Under the pieces are notes generated by a model. That model was not told the origin of the DNA and did no database searches. It saw only the letters and a program-made list of their open reading frames with translations. Shown here piece by piece: positions 45,978 through 56,092 of a stretch of 64,000 nt of DNA. Source of the stretch: an archaeon. GTDB lineage: Archaea > Nanobdellota > Nanobdellia > Pacearchaeales > JAPDKA01. The first letter of the stretch is position 1; every line of letters begins with the position of its first letter. The DNA is taken from positions 66,065-130,064 of the forward strand of contig JAPDKA010000003.1 of NCBI GenBank assembly GCA_029258825.1, written 5' to 3'. A program made the translations under genes and the position numbers.

Positions 45978-47176
45978 TCTACGAGTTGCTTAAGCAATTT
46001 ATTATCAATTTTTAAACCATTCAAACAAGACTGCAATAAACGTTGATTAAACACAGCAGTAATTTCGCCTTCTTGTTTCTCAATGTTAAGCAAATTAAAA
46101 AGTGTAAAAACATCAAACTGTTTAAGCTTAGCCAATAGTTTATTTTCTATCTCTTCTACATTGCTAGCCTGTATTTCTGTTGCTGTTTCAAATTCCTTAG
46201 TCGTAAGTTTCGAGAAATTACGTAATAAACAAAAAACACGCTTCTCGTTTGCGATTTTTTGCACAGCCTTAAGATCTATTTCAGAAGGTTTGCCAGACTT
46301 TAACACACCACTTGCCTTAAGCAAAACAATTTTATCTTGCACATCTCTACTTTCAAATTGCTTCACAATTTGTTGAGTGATTTCGTATGGTGTTAAATTG
46401 TTTGCATCAATATTAATGCATTCCACATCTTTTACAACAATAGGCAACAACTCAATTTTAGTATTGCTGTTTAACTCTACAATACAACAAGAACCATGTT
46501 TTATTTTTTCTAATTCATCAAAAGAGTTCGGAAATAAACAGCCAGGATAACAACAATTGTTAAATACTTTAGCTATATGAATATGGCCTAAAGCATAATA
46601 ATCTGCTTCAGGCAATGAAGAGAGCTTAACTTTGTTTACAAAGTTTGTTAGACTTTCATCAACGCATTCAGCAACATTTGTGTGCAGAACAAGGATAAGC
46701 TTTTTGTCAGGCCATAACTCTTTAATGGCATTAACTTTGTTGTTAAATTCATCTATGTTTTCAAGCTCCAAATTTCGTTTTTTTCCTTGTAGCCCTACAA
46801 TCACATAAGGCTTATCATTAAACATTGATTCAAGCTTATCATCATCAAGAGTGTCAAATGCTACATTGTAGCATAAACCTGCTGAAGACAGAACATCTAT
46901 GATACTAACACCACTTAAACTTGAATCATGACTACCAGCAATAACATAACAAGGAATCTTTGCTTCATTCAATTGTTTTAATTTTTCTGCAACATGCTTT
47001 ACAACCTTCATGTTGGGAACAGCAACGTCAAATAGGTCGCCTGCTATAATGACAAAATCAACATGCTTACTTAGAGCTATGTCTATGGCTTTATCAAATG
47101 CTTGCAAATTAAGTTGCATTAATCTTTCGTCACGCCAACCGCCAAGATGGCAGTCTGCAATATGTAAAAATTTCAT
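45974..47176 (-). CDS. mre11: DNA double-strand break repair nuclease Mre11
   Basis: HIADCHLG, AGDLFD, GSHD, YYALGHIH, YPG; ATGA overlap with rad50. Confidence 0.92.
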   Translation of the reverse strand: MKFLHIADCHLGGWRDERLMQLNLQAFDKAIDIALSKHVDFVIIAGDLFDVAVPNMKVVKHVAEKLKQLNEAKIPCYVIAGSHDSSLSGVSIIDVLSSAGLCYNVAFDTLDDDKLESMFNDKPYVIVGLQGKKRNLELENIDEFNNKVNAIKELWPDKKLILVLHTNVAECVDESLTNFVNKVKLSSLPEADYYALGHIHIAKVFNNCCYPGCLFPNSFDELEKIKHGSCCIVELNSNTKIELLPIVVKDVECINIDANNLTPYEITQQIVKQFESRDVQDKIVLLKASGVLKSGKPSEIDLKAVQKIANEKRVFCLLRNFSKLTTKEFETATEIQASNVEEIENKLLAKLKQFDVFTLFNLLNIEKQEGEITAVFNQRLLQSCLNGLKIDNKLLKQLVE

Positions 47177-47325
47177 GATAATTCCAAAATTATTGATTTT
47201 TAAATGTTTTATGCAAACAAGATTGTTGTATTAAAATTGATAGATTAGAGTATATGGATAAGTATATGGACAAGCAAAGAAAGCAGTTTGGTTAAGTTTT
47301 TAAAGCATAAATGCTGTAGAAGCGT

Positions 47326-47733
47326 ATGCAATTACCAAGCTATGACGAGATGCTTGAACAGGCTTTTAAAGAAGTAAAACCAGTCGAAGTAGGTGAGCGT
47401 TTTGAAGTGCCAAAAGCAAAAGTGTATAATGAAGGCATAAAAACAATTATAATAAACTTTAGTCAGATATGCTCACTCTTGAACAGAAAGCCTGAACACG
47501 TTGCAAAGTTTTTAATGCGTGAACTAGCTGTTTCTGCCACCATAGACGGGCAAAGGCTTGTACTTAATAGACGTGTTAGAGTTGATAAGATAAATGAAAA
47601 AATAGAAGCATATGTCAAAAAATATGTGCTATGTCCAGAGTGTAAAAAACCTGACACAAAACTAATTAAGCAAGATCGCTTTACATTTATTCAATGTCTT
47701 GCATGTGGTGCAAAGCATGCTGTGGCCGAATAA
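47326..47733 (+). CDS. eif2b: Translation initiation factor 2 subunit beta
   Basis: ERFEVP...T.I.NF...LNR...KFL.REL, YVLCPECKKPDTKL...CLACGA. Confidence 0.95.
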   Translation: MQLPSYDEMLEQAFKEVKPVEVGERFEVPKAKVYNEGIKTIIINFSQICSLLNRKPEHVAKFLMRELAVSATIDGQRLVLNRRVRVDKINEKIEAYVKKYVLCPECKKPDTKLIKQDRFTFIQCLACGAKHAVAE

Positions 47734-47766
47734 ACAAAATAAAAGCTACAAAAAAAGTTAAACAAA

Positions 47767-48072
47767 ATGATAAAAATTAAATTGCATAAATCTATGCATA
47801 ATGTTGTTGTTGCTATAGCTGATGCCGAACTTATTGGAAAAAAGTTTGAAACAGAAAAATTACAGCTTGAAGTTAACAGCATATTTTATGATGGGGAAAC
47901 ATTAACTGAAGCACAAGCAGAAGAAAAAATGAAGCAACTAAAGGAAAGGCCTTGCAGTTTTAACATAGTAGGGGAAAGGGCAGTGCAGCTTGCAATAAAG
48001 TTAAAAATTATTGACGAACAAAACGTGATTAAGATCGGTGGTGTGCCGCACGCTTTATCATTTTCTATATGA
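47767..48072 (+). CDS. DUF424 family protein
   Basis: VVA.AD.ELIGKKF...L.V...FY.G...NIVGERAV..A...IGGVPHA. Confidence 0.85.
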   Translation: MIKIKLHKSMHNVVVAIADAELIGKKFETEKLQLEVNSIFYDGETLTEAQAEEKMKQLKERPCSFNIVGERAVQLAIKLKIIDEQNVIKIGGVPHALSFSI

Positions 48073-48124
48073 TGCTTTTGCTCGAGAAATTTCGACACAT
48101 TTTTAAATCCTACTTATATTTAGT

Positions 48125-48457
48125 ATGGTTATGGAATACGAAGAAAAATACCAAAATGTGAAAAGTAAAACTGGCGAGGTAATTAGAGTTAGATTGCCGC
48201 AGGGAAGACAAGTTATAGGCATAGTAGAAACAAGACTTGGAGCCAATAAAATGCTTGTAAGATGTTTTGATGGCAACTCTAGAGTATGTCGTGTCCCTGG
48301 TAAATACAACAAAAGATTATGGATAAGACCAAACGACGTTGTGCTAGTTGAACCGTGGGAGTTCCAATCAGATAAAAAAGGGGATATAATTTACAAATAT
48401 AGTCATGCTGCTGTTGAATGGTTAAAACAAAACGGTTATATTAAGGTTGAATTTTAA
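48125..48457 (+). CDS. eif1a: Translation initiation factor 1A
   Basis: RVRLP...LG..M.VRC.DG..R.CR.PG...RLWIR..DVVLV.PWE.Q. Confidence 0.95.
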   Translation: MVMEYEEKYQNVKSKTGEVIRVRLPQGRQVIGIVETRLGANKMLVRCFDGNSRVCRVPGKYNKRLWIRPNDVVLVEPWEFQSDKKGDIIYKYSHAAVEWLKQNGYIKVEF

Positions 48458-48462
48458 TTAAC

Positions 48463-49242
48463 ATGAGAAAACCCAAGAGAGAAAAATTTAAGGTGTATAA
48501 AGATGTGTTTGATGCTTCTACCAGCAAAGTTATATTCGATTTAATGGCTAAACATATCATAGAAGGTCTAGAAGCACCGATAAAGATAGGAAAAGAAAGT
48601 AATGTGTTTTCTGCTCTAAAAAAGAAAAAAAAGCGAATCGAGAGGGTCGCTGTAAAGATATACAGAGTAATGACGTGTGATTTTAGAAGGATGAATAAAT
48701 ATCTAACAATAGACCCAAGATTCATTGTTAGAAAAAGTAGAAAAGCAACGGTTAGTGCTTGGGCTAAACGAGAATTCACCAACTTGAACAAAGCGTATAA
48801 GGCAGGCGTCGTATGTCCTAAACCAATCGCAGTAAAAGAAAACGTACTAGTGATGGAGTTTATAGGTAGCAAGTATGGAAAAATGCCGACTCCGGCGCCT
48901 TTACTCAAAGATGTATTGCCTAACAACATGAAACAATTCTTTTTACTGCTAGCAGAACAAACAGCAATACTATTTCAAAAAGCAAAACTTGTTCATGGTG
49001 ATTTATCAGAATTTAACATCATGAACTATAAAGAAAAACCTATCATTATAGATTTATCTCACGCACTGCCTGTAAGTTTTGCGACACTGCATTACAGAGA
49101 ATTTTTACAGAGGGACATAAACAACTTAGCCAGGTTTTTCACCAAGCATGGATTAAACATAAACAAGCAAGCACTGTATAATTACATTGTTGGAAAAATA
49201 ACAAAACAAGAGTTTAGTAGCAAGGTTTTTAATGATAAATAG
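48463..49242 (+). CDS. rio1: RIO1 family Ser/Thr kinase
   Basis: GKESNVF, AVKIYR, W..REF.NL, LVMEFIG, LVHGDLSEFNI, IID. Confidence 0.93.
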   Translation: MRKPKREKFKVYKDVFDASTSKVIFDLMAKHIIEGLEAPIKIGKESNVFSALKKKKKRIERVAVKIYRVMTCDFRRMNKYLTIDPRFIVRKSRKATVSAWAKREFTNLNKAYKAGVVCPKPIAVKENVLVMEFIGSKYGKMPTPAPLLKDVLPNNMKQFFLLLAEQTAILFQKAKLVHGDLSEFNIMNYKEKPIIIDLSHALPVSFATLHYREFLQRDINNLARFFTKHGLNINKQALYNYIVGKITKQEFSSKVFNDK

Positions 49243-49290
49243 CAATAGCAATAAAACTAAAAAACAAAACACAAAAACAACTTGACAAAA

Positions 49291-49839
49291 ATGCAACTTG
49301 AGATTCCTGCTACAACCGAAGAAATTGCAAACATTGTAGGCAGGAAAGGAAGGAAAAAAAGAAAAATTGAAAGACTGTTAAAAGTAAAACTAAAAGTAGA
49401 ACCAAACAAGATTATTGTTATAACAAAAGAAGCGCCCCTTCAAGAATATTTGCTAAGACAAGTATTTGATGCTTTGTTGCTTGGTTTTGAACCAGAAACA
49501 GCTAGGTTATTGCTTGATCCAGAATATATCTTTAGAAAAATTTACATAAAGAATGTTGTCCGTCGTTCGAGATTGCATGATACTTTGGCTAGGCTGATAG
49601 GTAGACAAGGAAAAACCATAAGAAAAATTGAGGAAACTGCAGAGTGCTTTATGCGTATTAAGGGTTATGAAGTTGGTCTTATAGGAAAAGCAGAAAATGT
49701 ACAACTTGCAATAAATGCACTCAATGCTTTGTTTAGAGGTAAACCTCTTGCCAGCATTTACAGAATGCTCGAACACGGAAGAACAAGACTAAAGCACATG
49801 AAAGAACTTACAGCTGAACAACTTGCTGAACTTGAGTAA
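49291..49839 (+). CDS. KH-domain ribosome biogenesis protein Dim2/Pno1
   Basis: IVGRKG and RLIGRQGKT..KIE KH loops; conserved aIF1A-RIO1-KH gene order. Confidence 0.85.
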   Translation: MQLEIPATTEEIANIVGRKGRKKRKIERLLKVKLKVEPNKIIVITKEAPLQEYLLRQVFDALLLGFEPETARLLLDPEYIFRKIYIKNVVRRSRLHDTLARLIGRQGKTIRKIEETAECFMRIKGYEVGLIGKAENVQLAINALNALFRGKPLASIYRMLEHGRTRLKHMKELTAEQLAELE

Positions 49840-49888
49840 AGCTGACTATTGGAAAGTTTTTTAAATTTGTTTCTGTTTGTGCAATTGT

Positions 49889-49962
49889 GCCCCGGTAGCT
49901 CAGTTGGTTAGAGCACACGGCTGTTAACCGTGGGGTCGGAGGTTCGAGTCCTCCCCGGGGCG
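49889..49962 (+). tRNA. tRNA-Asn (GTT)
   Basis: GCCCCGG/CCGGGGC-G acceptor, CACGG-CTGTTAA-CCGTG anticodon arm, GGAGG-TTCGAGT-CCTCC T arm. Confidence 0.96.
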
Positions 49963-50036
49963 TTTTGATTAATGATCACCAAACCAATTCTAAAGAGTTC
50001 ATTCAAAGCATTATTCAGAAAAAACATTAAACATAG

Positions 50037-51596
50037 CTAAATAGTTGCGCTAAGTCCTTCAAACATTATTCGCTTTACTAATTCTTTCGGATTCTGCATT
50101 AAGAAAATTTTGCTGTCAAATGCGCGTTTAAGCAATTGCTCATAATAGTGCTGTATATGCTTGTTAGACTCAAACATAAAAGGAAAACCAAAATGGACGT
50201 CAACACCAAGTGCAGCAAAGAAATGACCGATGGCAATACTTTTTTCAGTTATCGGCATTGGTGCAGAAACAAGAAATGGCATATCTGTAATTTTGCGACG
50301 CGCTTTAGCAGCAATACGCTTGAATATTTCTGCTATTCTTGCATTGTTAACACAACTACCAAGATGAAAGAAACGTTTACCATCAAGCAATCCTGCTTTA
50401 CCAAACTCGAAAGCCATACAACCAGTAGTTAATATAATATATCGTTTACTCAATGTTTTATATGCATTAATCCATTGTTTACGTGTTGCTTCATCAATGC
50501 GAGGGTTAACACAACCTATAACTGCAATAATGCCATCAATATCTTTACATAGTATGCGTTCTGTCAATTGCTTAACGCCAATGTTATACTCGCTAAATCC
50601 GACTACAGCATTTACTGGCTTTGATTTGTTTATGTTAACGCTTGTATTCAAAATTCTATTTGCATGATTTTTTCTTGCTATCTCAACAATTTGCTTAGCT
50701 ATTTTTATTGCATCAGCTTTATTATGCACTGGCAAGTGAATTGCATTAGGCATTCTGCAAAGTTTATTTGTGGTTATTATACGTGTATGATAGCATTCTG
50801 CCAGATCAGCAAGAGAAGGCATAATACATTGAACATCAACAACGAATGCATCAATTAAACCTGTAGCAATGACTGCTTCTTGCATCAATACATGTCCTGC
50901 CATTGGTATGCCATGCCTAGCCAATATACTTGCTCCACTACAGCAAACACCAACGAGATTAATGTCATTCTTCATGCATATTTTTGCGAGAGCTTCTGCA
51001 AGCATAGGTTCATGACCATGAACAGCTATGTTAATCTTATCTGGTTTTATTACACCAAGATTTAGCTTGGCTTGCTGAATTTTAGGCTTTCCGTAGCATA
51101 AATCTTCTAATTCTGTAGCGAGATACATACCATAGTAACCGTCAACTATACCAAGCTCAACAGCCCTGTTAAGCAAAATTTTATAGTCAGCATTAACACC
51201 CATAGTTGTTTCATGCAATGCTTCACTAATATGCTTGAAATGTTCAAACTTTATTTTTGGCAATATCTGCAATTTATCCCATAATTTATACAAGTATGCA
51301 GGGGCTTTTTTCTTTATGTAATTTGTTGGAAATTGCTTATGCAAGAATTTTAAAAAGTGATATGCATGTCCGCAATGTGCCGCTGCTCCTCCAGCGACAA
51401 ATCTTACTATGTTTTTTGCTATAACCAATTCCTGCGTAGCACCGCATGCACTTCTTGAATTGTCTACAACCATGCAAGGCCCCATTAAGCATGCCCTACA
51501 ACATATACCAGAAAGGCCTAATTTGCATTGTGGCCTCTTAAGTCTTGCGTCAAGCAATTCAATGCCATTGCTTTTATTTTTTTGTTGTTTTGGCAT
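50037..51596 (-). CDS. cooS: Anaerobic Ni-type carbon monoxide dehydrogenase catalytic subunit (CooS-like), compact 519-aa form
   Basis: QC..G.SGICCRAC.MGPC...CGA, AAHCGH, VHGHEP, GVCCSG, VDVQC.MP, GCVN, TTGC, GSCVNN, TEK. Confidence 0.85.
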   Translation of the reverse strand: MPKQQKNKSNGIELLDARLKRPQCKLGLSGICCRACLMGPCMVVDNSRSACGATQELVIAKNIVRFVAGGAAAHCGHAYHFLKFLHKQFPTNYIKKKAPAYLYKLWDKLQILPKIKFEHFKHISEALHETTMGVNADYKILLNRAVELGIVDGYYGMYLATELEDLCYGKPKIQQAKLNLGVIKPDKINIAVHGHEPMLAEALAKICMKNDINLVGVCCSGASILARHGIPMAGHVLMQEAVIATGLIDAFVVDVQCIMPSLADLAECYHTRIITTNKLCRMPNAIHLPVHNKADAIKIAKQIVEIARKNHANRILNTSVNINKSKPVNAVVGFSEYNIGVKQLTERILCKDIDGIIAVIGCVNPRIDEATRKQWINAYKTLSKRYIILTTGCMAFEFGKAGLLDGKRFFHLGSCVNNARIAEIFKRIAAKARRKITDMPFLVSAPMPITEKSIAIGHFFAALGVDVHFGFPFMFESNKHIQHYYEQLLKRAFDSKIFLMQNPKELVKRIMFEGLSATI

Positions 51597-51873
51597 TTGT
51601 AGTTTTGGATTTATTAAGCAAATTGTAAATATCATGTGCTAATTCATCTGCATCAATTCCATGAGCAACAGCTGCCTGTTCTAAAGTTTCGTTCATTGCA
51701 AGAGGACATGCGATACATAACATACCTTTGCTAAATAAATACTGCGCTATACTTTCATGCTTAACTAGCTCATAAATTTTCATATGCTTTATCATGTTAA
51801 TATCATGCTTGATTATTTTGTTTTTACTAGCTAGCTTTTTTGTTTTATTTTTGCTCGGAGTTTTGCTTTTCAT
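51574..51873 (-). CDS. DUF1858 / hybrid-cluster-associated redox-disulfide domain protein
   Basis: M.I.E.V...L...GMLCIACP.A..ETLEQAA..HGID. Confidence 0.85.
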   Translation of the reverse strand: MKSKTPSKNKTKKLASKNKIIKHDINMIKHMKIYELVKHESIAQYLFSKGMLCIACPLAMNETLEQAAVAHGIDADELAHDIYNLLNKSKTTNAKTTKK

Positions 51874-52075
51874 TTTCCTGCTTTAGCTGTTTAACAAAAT
51901 TTTCAAAACTTCTATCGTAACTTGCCTCAAATTTAGTGTTGAAAAAACATGCTGGCAATTCATTTCTGCTTAGATGATAGGCAAGACATTCACAGCATAT
52001 ACCTTTACGTGGACAAGAAGGCCATGTACAATTACACCTCTGCAAGTTTTGCTTGTAATTCTTGCATTTCTGCAT
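51845..52075 (-). CDS. Small Cys-rich protein (DUF6485-like)
   Basis: CNCTWPSCPRKGICCECLAYH...ELPACFF...YDRS.E.F. Confidence 0.8.
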   Translation of the reverse strand: MQKCKNYKQNLQRCNCTWPSCPRKGICCECLAYHLSRNELPACFFNTKFEASYDRSFENFVKQLKQENEKQNSEQK

Positions 52076-52100
52076 GTTAGTTAAGCCAAAACAATCAATT

Positions 52101-53267
52101 TTAAATATTTTTTGTTAAAAGTAAAGCAAGAAAAAACAAAAAGGCAGAAACGAATAGCACATAATGAAGAGGAATCACAAAAGCAAGAATAAGCACAAAC
52201 AACCTTCCAACAGTTAAAAATAACTCTCTAAACACCATTATGCTTGCGTTATGTTTTGCTATTCTACAGCTTAAAGCAAAAATAGGAATGTCAAAAGGAT
52301 AAGCAACGAGTCCGAGCAGTATCGAAAACAAAAATACAAAAAATGCGTTAAAGTGGAAGTATTCATAAAGCAAAAACAATAAGATAAGCAATGCAGCATT
52401 AGAAATACAACCAAAAACAAAAACATTTCTGTTGCCATGTTTATCTATCAACCAACCGATAAACAAACTAACAAGAGCAGATGCAAGATAAACGACGCTC
52501 ATTGCGCTTCCTATGCTAAAATAGGTGTGAAGTATCGTATAAATGAATATTAACCAAATCCATCCAGATGAGTAAAATGCGCCTTGTACAATGTAAAGCA
52601 ATCCAAGATTCAAATTTTTTTTAATTATGTATTTATTAATGTAAAACGCGCTACCTTTAATCACATCCTGTCTGCTAAAGAAAAACGGCACTATAGAAAA
52701 AACTATTAGGATGCATGACAAGAGGAAAAGCATCCTAGCATTTAACGTAGCAATTATGCCACCAAAAAAAGGAGCGATAGCTGCTGTAAAACTTGGCAAT
52801 GCTGCAAGAATGCCGATCTTTACACCTAAGTTATGACCAGCATGCCTCGCAAATAGGATGTTTATGCTAACCCAATATAACGCATTGTATATACCTGCAG
52901 TTAAGCCTGTAAAAAACACAAATAAGTGTTTCTGTAACTGGGTAAATGCATAAAAGTGAAAAGGAAATATAAAAAACAACAGATGTAATATAAGGAAAGG
53001 TGTGCTAAGCATAATGCATTTCTTTATACCAATTTTTTCTTGTAATATGCCAACATAAAATGAAGCAATGCCAAACACTAAATACATGTAAAAAATATAT
53101 GCTATTGCAAGATTAAGCGAGAAATTGTTCTTAAGCAAGAATATTGGAACAAAAATAGAAAATAGTGCTAAAGCAAATGTTTGGATAGCCCTGTTTAAGT
53201 AAATTTCATCTGTTTCATCTTTTAACTTCCTTAATGCAATTCGTATCAGCGATGCCATAACAAACAT
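52101..53267 (-). CDS. MFS transporter
   Basis: About 12 hydrophobic segments; G.LQEKIG.KK and GWLIDKHGNR motif-A-like loops. Confidence 0.85.
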   Translation of the reverse strand: MFVMASLIRIALRKLKDETDEIYLNRAIQTFALALFSIFVPIFLLKNNFSLNLAIAYIFYMYLVFGIASFYVGILQEKIGIKKCIMLSTPFLILHLLFFIFPFHFYAFTQLQKHLFVFFTGLTAGIYNALYWVSINILFARHAGHNLGVKIGILAALPSFTAAIAPFFGGIIATLNARMLFLLSCILIVFSIVPFFFSRQDVIKGSAFYINKYIIKKNLNLGLLYIVQGAFYSSGWIWLIFIYTILHTYFSIGSAMSVVYLASALVSLFIGWLIDKHGNRNVFVFGCISNAALLILLFLLYEYFHFNAFFVFLFSILLGLVAYPFDIPIFALSCRIAKHNASIMVFRELFLTVGRLFVLILAFVIPLHYVLFVSAFLFFLALLLTKNI

Positions 53268-53280
53268 AAATTTTTATTTT

Positions 53281-55353
53281 TTAAGTTTGCCTACTTTTTA
53301 ACTTTTTCAAAAAATGATGTTTACAGTTTGGATTAAAACAAAATTCAATACTTTTACGCTTTAGAGTCAACTTTAATAGTGGAAATCCACATTCGCACTG
53401 TTTTTTTGTAACATTGATTTTTCCTTTTTGTGGTATTGTATACGCTACTTTACATTCTGGATAGTTGCTACATGCAATAAATCGTTTTCCATTTTTAGTT
53501 TTCTTTATACACAACATTCCCTTGTTGCATGTAGGACAATTGCATATAGCATTTTCTGTTTTTCTTCTTGTTATTTCACCATCGGCAAGAATTACTGCTA
53601 TATCTTGCTTTACTTTTTCGTACTGCTTGAATATATGGCTTAATACTTGCTTTGCTTTCTCTAAGATTTTTTTCTGTTCCTCTAGTGGTTGTTTACTTGT
53701 TGTAATTGCTTCAAGATGTTTTTCAAATTGTCTTGTTAAGCCTTCATCAGTTATTAAAGTGCTGAACTTATCAAGAGCATTTTCAACAGCACTGCCTAAC
53801 GGGGTTAGCTTTATTGAATTACCTTCTATATAGTTACGCTTGTATAATGTTTCTATTATTAATGCGCGCGTCCCTTTTGTACCTAGATTGCGTTTTGCAA
53901 GTTCTTTAACTAAGCTTGCTGGTGTGTATCGCTTTGGCGGCTGTGTTTGTTTTTGTTCAAAGCATACAGATTTTATTACAGCAAGTTCATTAATGCTTAA
54001 CTTTTCCTCATCGATTTTTGCATTGTATACTTTCAACCATCCTTGTTGCAATATTTGTTTTGCTGTTTTACTAAAAACAAAATTGTTAATGTTAAGTTTT
54101 ATTGTTTTCTGCTGTATTTCCGCATTTTCTGCAAAGCATGCAACAAAACGCCTAACAATCAGCTCATATACATTGCGTTCTTGCTTGTTAAGCTTATCGA
54201 TACCTTGCGTTACGCCTGTTGGGTATATAGCTGGATGTGCAGGATCTGCTGCCTTGCCCTCTATCGGTTTTTGCCTTACAGCGTATTTTACAAAGTTAAA
54301 TGCATTAGCTAACTTTTGTAGAATTTGCTTATACATTATGCTTGCTGGCAATTTTTGACTGCTTGTGCGCGGGTAGCTTATTAAACCATCAAGATATAGC
54401 TTTTGCGCAATTGCCAATAATCTTGCTGGTGTAATGTTAAAAAATTTATATGCTTCAGTTTGCAATGTAGTCAAGTCAAATGGGTGTGGTGGCTCAACAA
54501 CAATTTTTTTTGTTGTTATATCGAGCTTTACTTGTTTTCCTTCTAACTGTTTAAACTGCTGGAGTTTATCTTTTTCTTTAATTTCTTTATTTAGTTCAAG
54601 TTTAACAGTATTTCCTTTACTATCTTGCACAACCACAAAAACCTTCCAATAGGTTTCTGGCTTAAAATTTGCAATTTGTTTTTCTTTAAGCGCAACTAAC
54701 TTTAATGCGGGGCCTTGAACACGGCCTATACTCAATATTTTAAACAACCCTCTTAGCTTTATTGCTCTCATCAAGGCGCGGCTTAGATTTATACCATAAA
54801 ACCAATCTAGTATGTGTCTTGTTTCACCAGCAATGGCTTGACCGAAATCTATATGTTGCATTTTGTTTTCATATGCTTTAACTAACTCTTGCTTCGTTAA
54901 AGTGCTAAACTTCATTCTGTTTGCTTTAGTTGTATTTGCAAGAAACCGTAACACATTATAGCCAATCAGCTCGCCTTCTATATCATAATCGCATGCGATG
55001 GTTATTTCTTTCGCTTTGCTAATCAATTGTTTTAACACATTAATGTAATTACTGACATAATCTGTTTGGCTTTTCCTCCATTCAACATCAAATATGGGAA
55101 GTGAAATAGTGTTGTATTTTGCGCTAAGCGAAAATAAATGACCGACAGCGCTTGCAACAACAATTTTTTTGCTGTTCCTTTCTAGCACAAAGATGGGCAC
55201 ACCATTAACAACAATTTTTTCTGGTTTGCTGTCAGCTAAAGCATCAGCTATCTTTAATGCAGCCTTTGGCTTTTCTGCTATAATCAACTCGTAGTTTAGC
55301 CCAGCTAAATGCTCCAGATGAGTTGCTTTTGCTTGGACAAACTGTTTAGGCAT
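53281..55353 (-). CDS. topA: DNA topoisomerase I (type IA)
   Basis: IAEKP, AVGHL, ACDYDIEGE.IG, GRVQ.P.L, ISYPRT (catalytic Tyr), LGTKGTR, C-terminal zinc ribbons. Confidence 0.95.
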   Translation of the reverse strand: MPKQFVQAKATHLEHLAGLNYELIIAEKPKAALKIADALADSKPEKIVVNGVPIFVLERNSKKIVVASAVGHLFSLSAKYNTISLPIFDVEWRKSQTDYVSNYINVLKQLISKAKEITIACDYDIEGELIGYNVLRFLANTTKANRMKFSTLTKQELVKAYENKMQHIDFGQAIAGETRHILDWFYGINLSRALMRAIKLRGLFKILSIGRVQGPALKLVALKEKQIANFKPETYWKVFVVVQDSKGNTVKLELNKEIKEKDKLQQFKQLEGKQVKLDITTKKIVVEPPHPFDLTTLQTEAYKFFNITPARLLAIAQKLYLDGLISYPRTSSQKLPASIMYKQILQKLANAFNFVKYAVRQKPIEGKAADPAHPAIYPTGVTQGIDKLNKQERNVYELIVRRFVACFAENAEIQQKTIKLNINNFVFSKTAKQILQQGWLKVYNAKIDEEKLSINELAVIKSVCFEQKQTQPPKRYTPASLVKELAKRNLGTKGTRALIIETLYKRNYIEGNSIKLTPLGSAVENALDKFSTLITDEGLTRQFEKHLEAITTSKQPLEEQKKILEKAKQVLSHIFKQYEKVKQDIAVILADGEITRRKTENAICNCPTCNKGMLCIKKTKNGKRFIACSNYPECKVAYTIPQKGKINVTKKQCECGFPLLKLTLKRKSIEFCFNPNCKHHFLKKLKSRQT

Positions 55354-55534
55354 TTTAGTATATTACAAGATAAAAGAAGGTATTTTAAAGGTATCGAAAC
55401 AAATTAATGAAAATGCAAGTCAAAAAGCAAGTTTAACATTAAGTTTATAAGTTTATAAAATTCAAATAAAGTAAAAAACAAAACAAGACAAAACAAGCTT
55501 AAGTAAACTTAAGTAAAATAAAAATAAACAAAAA

Positions 55535-56050
55535 ATGGAAAAACATACATATATAGCAATATTTTTGATAACATTACTTGCTGGTGTTGCAATAGGTTTA
55601 AGCATAGCAGCATACTACCAAAGCAAAACTACTGCAGTAACAACAATGGCATGGTTTGATTTGTTTAAGAAACAACAAATGCAAAAACAATTACCACCGC
55701 CAGACCATGTTATGCCTTGGGAAGAAACGAGTATGATTGATATCAGTGATTTTAAAGACAAAATAAATGAAACAAGATTGCAAAAGCTTATACAATATAA
55801 TGCAAACTTAACAAATGCAACAAAAAAATTGACAGCAGTAAGCAATGAATATGAACAAGCTCTAAAAGAAGCAATAAAACAAGAGATAATTGCGGCAATG
55901 AATGAAGCTAACGGTAGTTTTGACAAATTTACTTCAGGAGTATTGTGTGGAAGTAACTGTGAGTACATAGGAAAGCACTGTAAATATTGTTGGTGTAAAA
56001 CATGGTTCGGCTATCCAATAGCAGTAGTCAAGTGTACAGATTACTTTTAA
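55535..56050 (+). CDS. Hypothetical exported or membrane-anchored protein with Cys-rich C-terminus
   Basis: N-terminal hydrophobic helix; LCGSNCEYIGKHCKYCWCKTWFGYPIAVVKC. Confidence 0.7.
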   Translation: MEKHTYIAIFLITLLAGVAIGLSIAAYYQSKTTAVTTMAWFDLFKKQQMQKQLPPPDHVMPWEETSMIDISDFKDKINETRLQKLIQYNANLTNATKKLTAVSNEYEQALKEAIKQEIIAAMNEANGSFDKFTSGVLCGSNCEYIGKHCKYCWCKTWFGYPIAVVKCTDYF

Positions 56051-56092
56051 TTTGTTTTAAGATAATTATTTATTTTATTCCCTTTTTCTTTT

